Shown in pieces: positions 19,699-26,941 of a stretch of DNA of 64,000 bases. The first letter of the stretch is position 1, and each line of letters begins with the position of its first letter. Source of the stretch: an uncultured Aminiphilus sp. (lineage in GTDB: Bacteria > Synergistota > Synergistia > Synergistales > Aminiphilaceae); assembly GCA_963666395.2 (NCBI GenBank), contig CAXXQU010000001.1:828124-892123 (forward strand), in the 5' to 3' direction. A program made the position numbers and the translations under genes. The notes under the pieces are model-generated. The model did not search any database. It saw only the letters and a program-made list of their open reading frames with translations, and was not told the origin of the DNA.

Positions 19699-20538
19699 TT
19701 ATATTTTTAGGAATTCCACAAATTCTTCGTGAAAATCGAGCCACCAATAACGTCGGGAGTGAACCTTTTTCCCCGTAAGAAGCTTGAGGAGCAATGCTCC
19801 CTGAAGAGCGCCCACGCAGGCTACCGTACAGGGGGGATTCCCTTTCTCCTTTTCCGCTCCTTCCTCGGAAAGATTCTCTCCGGAAGGGCTGAAGAGATCC
19901 AGCAGCGAGGGATCCTGGGGAAAGAGAATGCCGCATTGTCCCCAAAGCCCCCCCACGGCACCGTGAATTACCGGAATTCCCTCTTCTCGGGCATGGCGGA
20001 ACAGGATTTTTCGACTGGAATTGCTGTCCAGAGCATCCACCGCCGCATCCATGCCTTCGAGAGAGGCGGAAGCATTTTCTTCGGAAAGTCGGGTTACATA
20101 AGGAATTGCCTTGCAGGCGGGATTGATGAGGGAAACCCTTTTGGCGGCCTCCTCCGCCTTTGGGTGTCCCAGATTGGCGGGTGTAGAGTAGATCTGGCGG
20201 TTCAGGTTGCTTTCATCGAATATGTCTCCATCCATGAGATGGAGTTCTCCCACCCCCGCCCGGGCGCAGATTTCGATAATCCAGGTTCCAAGACCTCCGC
20301 ATCCCACTACGAGAACTTTGGATTCCAGAAGCCGGATTTGTCCGGAAATTCCGAAAACACCTTGATTCCGGGCATAGCGCAGAGGCATCCGTCCCTGGAG
20401 CAGTGCCTCCCGATACACGTTCTTCAGAGAGCATCCTGCTCGTTCCGATAGGTCCCAGGCGGATTTTTCCGAAAGTCCGGGCAGATCCGAGGAGTAGAGG
20501 GGTTCTTTTAAAAGCTCCGAAAGGAGCGGGTTTGTCAT
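19699..20538 (-). CDS. ThiF/HesA/MoeB-family E1-like adenylyltransferase
   Basis: 279 aa with nucleotide loop VVGCGGLGTW and DESNLNRQ. No cognate sulfur-carrier gene is adjacent. Confidence 0.85.
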   Translation of the reverse strand: MTNPLLSELLKEPLYSSDLPGLSEKSAWDLSERAGCSLKNVYREALLQGRMPLRYARNQGVFGISGQIRLLESKVLVVGCGGLGTWIIEICARAGVGELHLMDGDIFDESNLNRQIYSTPANLGHPKAEEAAKRVSLINPACKAIPYVTRLSEENASASLEGMDAAVDALDSNSSRKILFRHAREEGIPVIHGAVGGLWGQCGILFPQDPSLLDLFSPSGENLSEEGAEKEKGNPPCTVACVGALQGALLLKLLTGKKVHSRRYWWLDFHEEFVEFLKI

Positions 20539-20594
20539 GATTGCACGCCCTTTCCGCGTAGAGGAAATTATGAAGGTGAAAATGGTGATATCCC

Positions 20595-21161
20595 ATGGAA
20601 CATACTATCAAAAAAGTGCCTTCGGAAAAAATTTCGAATTCCCCTCTCGAAAAATATCGAGTGGAGGAGTATCTTGCGGCGTATCTTCCCCTTGCCCGGA
20701 GAAAGGCCCGAATTTTCGGCGGAGGAGATGAACACCTGGAGGATGATCTGATTCAGGAAGGGCTTATCGGGCTCTATCGAGGACTCGCTTCCTACGATTC
20801 CCGGCGGGGAAGCCTGGGAGGATTCGCCAAGACCTGTATGATGAATGCCATGCTTTCTTTCTTGCGTAAACGAGGACGTCCTCAAAAGCTGGAGGAAAAG
20901 ATGCGGGCTCTTCGATTTTCAGAAGAAATTCCTTCTCCGGAGGAGTGTCTCGAAAACCGGGAGTTTCTTTCGGCTCTCCTGAAAGACCTCTCTCCTTTGG
21001 AAACCGCGGTGCTCGATGCGGTTTCCACGACGGGATCCCCGAAAAATGCGGCGGAGCTTCTCGATTGGCCCATCAAGAAGGTGGAAAACGCACTCCATCG
21101 AATGCGCAAAAAGGCGGGGCGGATCAAAAAAGACCTGGACAGAGAAGGGAGAACCCCTTAA
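20595..21161 (+). CDS. Sigma-70 family RNA polymerase sigma factor (small, ECF/SigH-like)
   Basis: 188 aa with region 2 (DLIQEGLIGLYRGLASYD) and a region 4 HTH (AAELLDWPIKKVENALHRMRKK). Confidence 0.8.
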   Translation: MEHTIKKVPSEKISNSPLEKYRVEEYLAAYLPLARRKARIFGGGDEHLEDDLIQEGLIGLYRGLASYDSRRGSLGGFAKTCMMNAMLSFLRKRGRPQKLEEKMRALRFSEEIPSPEECLENREFLSALLKDLSPLETAVLDAVSTTGSPKNAAELLDWPIKKVENALHRMRKKAGRIKKDLDREGRTP

Positions 21162-21179
21162 AATAACGTCTATTATCGT

Positions 21180-21276
21180 GGAGGTGCTTCGTAGCTGGTG
21201 CTGCGTCCAGGCTTCAAACCTGGTGGGGGTCGGTTAAGCCGGCCTCGGTGGGTTCGATTCCCACTCGCCTCCGCCA
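21180..21276 (+). tRNA. selC: tRNA-Sec (anticodon UCA)
   Basis: 97 nt. Anticodon stem-loop is CCAGG-CTTCAAA-CCTGG. It has a 6-bp D-stem CGTAGC/GCTGCG with the 4-nt loop TGGT, a long variable arm (GGTCGG-TTAAG-CCGGCC), T-arm GTGGG-TTCGATT-CCCAC, and G73-CCA. The layout parallels E. coli selC. Confidence 0.9.
21248..21276. repeat. attL: left direct repeat, equal to the 3' end of tRNA-Sec
   Basis: CGATTCCCACTCGCCTCCGCCA (21255-21276) recurs exactly at 29123-29144. The preceding GTGGGTT is also shared. Confidence 0.85.
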
Positions 21277-21341
21277 TAGCCTCTAAAGCATTGCAAATAC
21301 TGACTTTAAAGGTCGCTATTGTGGGATGAGCACAATTTCTA

Positions 21342-21375
21342 GGACATTGGTACATCCGTTGGTACATCAATGTCC
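21342..21375 (+). promoter_or_regulatory. Inverted plus direct repeat cluster just upstream of the integrase start (candidate operator or arm-type site)
   Basis: IR GGACATTG (21342-21349) / CAATGTCC (21368-21375) encloses two TTGGTACATC copies (21347-21356 and 21359-21368). Confidence 0.45.
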
Positions 21376-21389
21376 GGGAGGTGGAGCCC

Positions 21390-23183
21390 ATGAGTAGCGG
21401 CCTTTGTTGTACCCTCACATCATACACAATCCGGAAAAACAATATTTTACACTTCAGAATGGTTGTCCCTAAAGACATTCGGGGGATTCTCGGAAAGCGA
21501 GAACTCCGGTTGTCTTTGCGGACTGGGTATGTGCGTGAAGGTGTGAAGAAGGCCGGAAGACTGGCAGGAGTAGCACAAGAAGCCTTCGATGAGATACGGA
21601 AAGGAAGCGGTGGGGATATGGCAGGACTTGAACCTCATCAGATACAGGCTCTTGTAGGGGAATGGCTTAAAGAAGCCCTTGAAGATGATGAGAGAAGCCG
21701 GGCGCAACGAAAGAGGCCACGGCGTGAGGAAGATGTGGAAAAGGAATCCAAGGTGCTGGACATACAACTTTCCACGCTCCGGGAACGGCTGGCTACGGAT
21801 GACCACGGGAGTGCCGTTTCTTTTGCAAAGGATTTGTTGGAAGAGCATGGAATCGACTTTGAGCCCGATGATGCAACCTTTAAGACACTTTGCAGGGAAA
21901 TGACCAAGGCTCAGATAGTCGCTCTATCAGTCATCCTCAAAAGGAACCGGGGGGACTACGACATGGAAGACATCCTCCCCGCCAAGGAAGAACAGCCCCA
22001 CGAAGCAGAGCCAGCAACGCCACGGGAGGAACAGCAACAGCACCAAGAAACCCCGGATCAAGGCCCTCTCATGTCGGAAATTCTCGACGCTTACATTAAA
22101 GAAAAGATGGATCTGGGGGACTGGACCGAGCACACCCGGATGGACAACGAGCCCATGATAAGGGATTTCATCGAAATGGTGGGAGACATGCCCATAGGCG
22201 CACTCTCAGCGGTGCACATGAGGGATGCACGGGACCGCTTCAGCAAAGTCCCGAAAGGACGGAAGATAAAGGCGGCCTATAACGGGAAAAGCTTGCGGGA
22301 ACTCTCGGACATGGACATCCCCGAGGAGGACCGATACAGCATCACTACCCTCAACAACCGGGCTATCAAGGTGGGTGGATACCTCAAGTGGTTGAAGGAT
22401 AGGGGGTATTCCGTGGAGGACGGGCTCATATCCATAATGAGGTTCAAGAAATCCAAAAAGAAGAGTGCCCAAAGAGGGACGGGAGACCGGGCATCGTTCA
22501 CGCCGGAAGACCTCGGGCGGATCTTCTCGCCGTCAAATTATCTTGAGGCCGTCAAGGGGCAACCTTCACGCTTCTGGGTGCCTCTCGTGAGCTTATGCAC
22601 GGGAATGCGACTCGAAGAAATAGCACAACTTTATCTTGAGGACATCCGAAAAGTTGACGGTATCTGGTGTATGGACATCAACCAGAAGGCCGACAAGAGC
22701 AGGAAAACGGAGGCATCCGAAAGGCTTGTTCCGGTACCTCCTGCCTTGGAGGAGTTAGGCTTTCTGGAGTATGCGGAATGTCTCAGAACGAAACAGGAAG
22801 AACGGTTATTCCCGGAACTCAGTAAGGCCATCACAACGGGGAAATACAGCCATGCTTTGAGTAAATGGTTCAATCGTTATATTCATGAGAAGCTTGGGAT
22901 TGTTGAAGACGCGAAGAAAAGGAAGAAGGTCTTCCACAGCTTCCGGCACACCTTTATCAATATGTGTAAACAGCTAGGGATTGCGCAACGGAAAATCAAG
23001 CAGAACGTAGGGCATCAGCAAGGGCAAGATATCACTCTCGACTATTATGCCGATGAGTATAAACCTGAGATTCTCTATAAGGAAGTGTCGTGCAAGGCAA
23101 CGCCTGAGGTGGACCTTGAGCCACTGAAAGAGGCTGCAAGGGGATTTATCGAGGCCGCTGGTATAAGCGGCAAAGGACAGTAA
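21390..23183 (+). CDS. int: Tyrosine-type site-specific integrase (large, DUF6538-like N-terminus)
   Basis: Catalytic residues in GMRLEEIAQL, HSFRHTF and GHQQGQDITLDYY. The N-terminus FRMVVPKDIRGILGKRELRLSLRTG is typical of this integrase class. ATG 21390 lies 9 nt after GGGAGG. The track ORF starts at GTG 21381. Confidence 0.9.
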   Translation: MSSGLCCTLTSYTIRKNNILHFRMVVPKDIRGILGKRELRLSLRTGYVREGVKKAGRLAGVAQEAFDEIRKGSGGDMAGLEPHQIQALVGEWLKEALEDDERSRAQRKRPRREEDVEKESKVLDIQLSTLRERLATDDHGSAVSFAKDLLEEHGIDFEPDDATFKTLCREMTKAQIVALSVILKRNRGDYDMEDILPAKEEQPHEAEPATPREEQQQHQETPDQGPLMSEILDAYIKEKMDLGDWTEHTRMDNEPMIRDFIEMVGDMPIGALSAVHMRDARDRFSKVPKGRKIKAAYNGKSLRELSDMDIPEEDRYSITTLNNRAIKVGGYLKWLKDRGYSVEDGLISIMRFKKSKKKSAQRGTGDRASFTPEDLGRIFSPSNYLEAVKGQPSRFWVPLVSLCTGMRLEEIAQLYLEDIRKVDGIWCMDINQKADKSRKTEASERLVPVPPALEELGFLEYAECLRTKQEERLFPELSKAITTGKYSHALSKWFNRYIHEKLGIVEDAKKRKKVFHSFRHTFINMCKQLGIAQRKIKQNVGHQQGQDITLDYYADEYKPEILYKEVSCKATPEVDLEPLKEAARGFIEAAGISGKGQ

Positions 23184-23203
23184 CGGGGAGGAAATAGAAA
23201 GAC

Positions 23204-23449
23204 ATGACAGTGGTAGAAGCAGCATTCAACGTAAAACTGAGGCCGGTATGTACCGTCATCGAGATTATTCTTTCCGCTCTGGCCCGGCTTATCGGGGCTG
23301 AGGGCGCCGATGTTTACTTCGGGATTCTCTCCAGGGAAGAGGTAGAGGGACTGTCTTTCTATTCACATGACAAAGGGGAAAATGACCGGGAGCGGTACGA
23401 TGACATCCGGGTAGGTCGTATCCAGCTTATCTTTTCGAGAAAGCCTTGA
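23204..23449 (+). CDS. Hypothetical protein (81 aa)
   Basis: ATG is preceded by GGGGAGGA. Its C-terminus RERYDDIRVGRIQLIFSRKP has a decayed paralogous copy at 24833-24895. Confidence 0.5.
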   Translation: MTVVEAAFNVKLRPVCTVIEIILSALARLIGAEGADVYFGILSREEVEGLSFYSHDKGENDRERYDDIRVGRIQLIFSRKP

Positions 23450-23464
23450 GGTAGGGTAAAGAAC
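23387..23464 (+). repeat. 78-bp repeat, copy 1 (3' end of the 81-aa ORF plus the junction to the next gene)
   Basis: Ungapped manual alignment to 24833-24910 gives about 63 of 78 identical positions, including a 20-nt exact block TACGATGACATCCGGGTAGG. Confidence 0.8.
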
Positions 23465-23707
23465 ATGGAAGGAGCCGCAGTCAGTACGGGGGAAATCTTG
23501 ATCGTGTTCCTTGTCTTCGTGAGTTTCGTTGCTACGAAAATTTTCAAGGTTTCGGCGGGAAGAGTTGTGAACAGTCTTTTTGTATTTGTCTTCTGGCATG
23601 GTTCAATGAATTTCTTGAAAGCATCTACAGGAAAAGGACATGGAGTTGGGATGTTGTTGGTAGCAATCGTACTTGCAGTAGCGGGGGCAAGGCTACTAGA
23701 AGATTGA
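23465..23707 (+). CDS. Hypothetical small membrane protein (80 aa, about 3 hydrophobic segments)
   Basis: Hydrophobic stretches ILIVFLVFVSFVATKIF, VVNSLFVFVFW and VGMLLVAIVLAVAGA. It follows the previous ORF by 15 nt. Confidence 0.5.
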   Translation: MEGAAVSTGEILIVFLVFVSFVATKIFKVSAGRVVNSLFVFVFWHGSMNFLKASTGKGHGVGMLLVAIVLAVAGARLLED

Positions 23708-23792
23708 AAAGGGCGTCGATGTCTACCTTGGGATTCCCCCTTCCTCACGGAGGGGGGATTTTCTATATGGCGCAGAGAAAGGAGGCTATGAC

Positions 23793-24152
23793 ATGAATAC
23801 CATGCAGAGAGCGCACCAATGGGCACGGGCACACCGGGAGGAATACCCTTCCTACAAGGAGGCTTTGCGGCAGGGATTGAAGCTTGCTCATGCAGAGGCG
23901 AGGGCGGCCAGAGAAGAAGGCCCCCTGGACTTTCAGGAGTCCCCCGAAGAATCCAATCCCCGCAAAATTGCGGAAATCTCCATCAAGCACGAACTGTACG
24001 CCGCATACGACACGCCGGAGACCAGAGCCGCCGCTATCATCCGCGAAGGGGTGCAGAAGCACCGGGAGCGTGTTCCACTTTTATGTCGGGATTGGAAAAG
24101 TTCGGAGTATGACGGGAGAAAGGACTTTCGCAGAGGTGCGGGGTGGTGGTAG
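23793..24152 (+). CDS. Hypothetical charged protein (119 aa)
   Basis: A strong RBS (AAAGGAGG) lies 7 nt before ATG 23793. I recognise no domain. Confidence 0.6.
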   Translation: MNTMQRAHQWARAHREEYPSYKEALRQGLKLAHAEARAAREEGPLDFQESPEESNPRKIAEISIKHELYAAYDTPETRAAAIIREGVQKHRERVPLLCRDWKSSEYDGRKDFRRGAGWW

Positions 24153-24396
24153 GGTTCTCAACCGCCGTCAGCCCACTACAGGCCGCAGAAGGCCATTCCT
24201 TATGGCCTGATGGGTAAAGTCCTCTTTGGGGCTGGATTACGGTACAGGGGCTCTCAGAGGGCTTAGCGTTGAAATGTGGTGAACGGAGTGGTTCAATGGG
24301 GAGGAATACGTACCACTCCCCCGAAATGGTGGAAAGTCCCCGGAGCATCCCAGGGGAGGGGGCTGTCAAGTATTTCTTGACACCTCAAAGGAGGGT
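24153..24396. other. Hairpin-rich non-coding segment (possible structured RNA or recombination/transfer site)
   Basis: No credible ORF. Stems: AGGCCAT/ATGGCCT (24190-24208), GGAGTGGT/ACCACTCC (24285-24319), GTCAAG/CTTGAC (24365-24381). Confidence 0.35.
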
Positions 24397-24598
24397 GTGT
24401 TTCGCTCCCCCTTTCCTCATGAACGGGCTATGTATTACATAGGGCGTTCCCCGGATATGGGGAACCAAGAAGCCCCCGGCAGAGAGGACGAATTTTCTAC
24501 TCCCAATAGTATTGAGATAAGGATTGCTGATGTAAAAACCACCATGCAGATTATGCAGAGGGCACAAGTAATGTTTGTACCCCACGGGGAAATAGAAT

Positions 24599-24676
24599 AT
24601 GAGCATTGTAAATGAACCTGGCCTTTACTCCCTCATCCTCCGTTCCCGCAAACCCGGAGGAATCCCGAGGGCTTGA
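24599..24676 (+). pseudogene. Bro-N domain gene fragment (MSIVNEPGLYSLILRSRKPGGIPRA)
   Basis: 24611-24658 matches 26402-26449 of the intact Bro-N gene at 42 of 48 nt and encodes the same GLYSLILRSRKP motif. Only 25 codons remain. Confidence 0.6.
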
Positions 24677-24686
24677 ACTGTTCTCA

Positions 24687-24766
24687 CTGACTGTAACAGA
24701 ACTACAGTCAGGGCATAGACCAGTATCTACTTCCTCCGAAGCACCCTCACTAATAGTTAGGGTGCT
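24687..24766. repeat. Two consecutive perfect hairpins
   Basis: CTGACTGTA/TACAGTCAG (24687-24711, 9 bp with a 7-nt loop) and AGCACCCT/AGGGTGCT (24740-24766, 8 bp with an 11-nt loop). Confidence 0.7.
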
Positions 24767-24832
24767 TGCCAGTCAACAAACACCACCGAAGGGGCTTGTA
24801 CCCCAAAACTACACCATCCCATCCATAGGGCT

Positions 24833-24910
24833 CGGGAGAGATACGATGACATCCGGGTAGGCCGGAACCAGTTTGCCTTTTCGAAAAAACCTTAAAGCAG
24901 GGTAAAAACC
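24833..24910 (+). repeat. 78-bp repeat, copy 2 (start-less remnant encoding ...RERYDDIRVGRNQFAFSKKP*)
   Basis: See copy 1. The reading frame is closed by a stop at 24755-24757 with no start codon after it, so this is a gene remnant. A weaker third junction copy lies at 25168-25200. Confidence 0.75.
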
Positions 24911-25063
24911 GAAGAGGAAGTAGGATAGTTAGAAATTGATTTATGGACCGATTATAGAAAGAGTAGGCAAAGAATGGTTCATAGAGGCTTATTCTTCTTC
25001 GATACCGAAGCACGGTATTTTATGACAACTCTCTGTTACCAGTATCTCCAACTTCCTCTTTAC

Positions 25064-25110
25064 GCCCCCCTTGGTTCTGCGACGGCAGGACTGAGGGGGG
25101 CTTTTTGTTG
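25064..25110 (+). terminator. Strong rho-independent terminator inside the island
   Basis: GCCCCCCT (25064-25071) pairs with AGGGGGGC (25094-25101). An inner CTGC/GCAG helix extends the stem, and TTTTTGTT follows. Confidence 0.65.
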
Positions 25111-25223
25111 TCGAGGGGGAGAAGGAAAAGAAGCAGAGATGCAGGATGTCATAGCAATGCCGGGATTGCTTTGGGAAAAACTTTAAAGCGTGGGAAGAGG
25201 AAGCCCACGCGCACGAAAAGGAG

Positions 25224-26060
25224 ATGTTGGTAAGAATGGCGACAAGCGCAGAGAAGCAGGCTGGAAAAGGAACTAAGCAACAGGAGAAAGAGGTTATATG
25301 GTTGCAGTATCTAAAGCAACTGGCGGTACTCTCAGGCATCTTTCAACACCGGGAGGCAACCAAAGAGGCCACGATACGGGAGTACATGACAAAGTATCGG
25401 AATGGGGAAGAACTGCCAGCATTGACGGCAGCCCGAGTAAATGACGGACTGTACCTAATAGATGGATTCCATCGGTATGAGGCGCTGAAAAGGTTGTATG
25501 AGACAGAAAGACCACGGGAAATAGAGGTGGTTGTCATTCCCTGCAAGGATGAGAAAGAGGCCCGGTGGATCGGTGCGCAAGGGAATATGCGGCACGGCCT
25601 ACAGCTCACGAGGAAGGACAGAAGGAATGTCTTTCGGGTATACGTAGAGGCGGGAAAGCACCGGGAAGAAGAGTCTCGTGGGAGAAGGCATAAGTGGAGA
25701 AAATATAAAAGCTGGCGACAGATAGCTAAGGATCTGGGAATAAATCACCGGACGGCACACGAGTGGATGAAAAAGGACTTCAAGAATATTTGGGAAGAAA
25801 TGATCGGGGAGGAAGGGCACGATATGAGCGAAGTAGATACGATGGGGAAGCAGAGGGGGCCGATGAGCATGACTGAGGCGGCTATAGACAGTGTTGATAA
25901 GGCGTATCAGGCGGCTCAGGGGATTGAGAAGGAGGCTGAGAGGCTGGAGGTCATCAGGCATGTACAGGCACTCGCTAAGCGGTTGATGCAGGAGCATCTG
26001 GGGAGAGTGCCGCATGGAGAGGAACAGGGAGTATTCGGGGAACCGGAGAGTGACTTTTGA
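25224..26060 (+). CDS. ParB/Srx-fold N-terminal domain protein with an HTH-like segment
   Basis: 278 aa with LYLIDGFHRYEALKRL (DGxHR-type ParB-N motif) and SWRQIAKDLGINHRTAHEWMKK. An alternative ATG lies at 25236. Confidence 0.75.
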   Translation: MLVRMATSAEKQAGKGTKQQEKEVIWLQYLKQLAVLSGIFQHREATKEATIREYMTKYRNGEELPALTAARVNDGLYLIDGFHRYEALKRLYETERPREIEVVVIPCKDEKEARWIGAQGNMRHGLQLTRKDRRNVFRVYVEAGKHREEESRGRRHKWRKYKSWRQIAKDLGINHRTAHEWMKKDFKNIWEEMIGEEGHDMSEVDTMGKQRGPMSMTEAAIDSVDKAYQAAQGIEKEAERLEVIRHVQALAKRLMQEHLGRVPHGEEQGVFGEPESDF

Positions 26061-26191
26061 GAACGGGGAAATGCAGTGGTTGCAGGGATTGAGTGGGAAT
26101 GGTGGGGAATTTCACCACTGCAAGGACCACCGGTAAACAAAAAACGCAGTAAATACGAGAAAGAGATGTTGAAAAAGCTTCAACAGAAGAA

Positions 26192-26941
26192 ATGACAAGT
26201 GAACTTCAGGTTTTCAATTTTGGCGCTGAGGAAGTACGGGTTGTTAAGGATGAGCACGGGGAACCATGGTGGGTGGCTAAGGATGTTTGCGGGGTGCTGG
26301 GGATTGATAAATATCGTGATGCGCTTACTCGATTAGACGATGATGAAAGGGGGTCGGTATTACTGGACACCCGTGGTGGAGAGCAGCGGGCATCTACTAT
26401 AAACGAATCCGGCCTCTACTCCCTCATCCTCCGCTCCCGCAAACCCGAAGCCAAAGCCTTCAAGAAATGGATTACTTCCGTAGTCCTCCCTGCCATCCGT
26501 AAACACGGAGGTTACCAGATGACTGAAGGGTATGCGGACCAGATTCCCAAGTCCCTCCCGGAAGCCCTCCGTTTCGCTGCGGAACTTGCGGAACAGAAGG
26601 AAGCCCTCGCTGCTCAAAACGCCATCCTTGCCCCTAAAGCCGATGTCTATGACGAACACTACGCCGACCCTGCGACACTTATCTCCCTCACCAAGTTCGC
26701 TAGGACACTTAAAGGGCTGAACGTGAACCGGATCAAGCACAGTTTGAGAATGCTTGGATACCTCTACCGTCTCCATGATGCTTCTCCGTACCGGGTGTAC
26801 TCCAAGTTCCGGGATGTGCTCTTTGTGGAGAAGCATCATGAAGAGTATGACGTGGTGGATGTTTTCCTTACGCCTGCCGGGGTGGAGGAGGTCACGAGGC
26901 TTTATCGGCTTGGAATGCTTGTGATGAAGAAGGGTGGTTAA
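26192..26941 (+). CDS. Bro-N / KilAC-domain phage antirepressor-like protein
   Basis: 249 aa. The Bro-N signature is FNFGAEEVRVVKDEHGEPWWVAKDVCGVLGI ... ESGLYSLILRSRKPEAKAFKKWITSVVLPAIRKHG. The C-terminal half is KilAC-like. Confidence 0.88.
   Translation: MTSELQVFNFGAEEVRVVKDEHGEPWWVAKDVCGVLGIDKYRDALTRLDDDERGSVLLDTRGGEQRASTINESGLYSLILRSRKPEAKAFKKWITSVVLPAIRKHGGYQMTEGYADQIPKSLPEALRFAAELAEQKEALAAQNAILAPKADVYDEHYADPATLISLTKFARTLKGLNVNRIKHSLRMLGYLYRLHDASPYRVYSKFRDVLFVEKHHEEYDVVDVFLTPAGVEEVTRLYRLGMLVMKKGG

Noticed and set aside
24325-24345. GGTGGAAAGTCCCCGGAGC resembles the RNase P RNA P4 motif GAGGAAAGUCCGGGC.
   Set aside because: The surrounding segment is far too short. The partner P4 strand (ACAGAA...CGGCUUA) is not present downstream in the right order, and the similar GGGCTTAG lies upstream. 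This looks like a chance resemblance.
24397-24615. A 72-aa ORF after the structured region.
   Set aside because: The GTG start sits only 1-2 nt after the SD-like AAGGAGGG. The sequence has no features, and its 3' end runs into the Bro-N remnant in another frame. It is more likely non-coding or decayed.
24677-24910. Whether the hairpins and repeated junctions could be integron attC sites, with the integrase acting as an IntI.
   Set aside because: There is no RYYYAAC...GTTRRRY core pair. GTTAGGG at 24756 has no matching inverse core. The integrase lacks an IntI-like size and layout. The repeats are gene 3' ends rather than imperfect palindromes.
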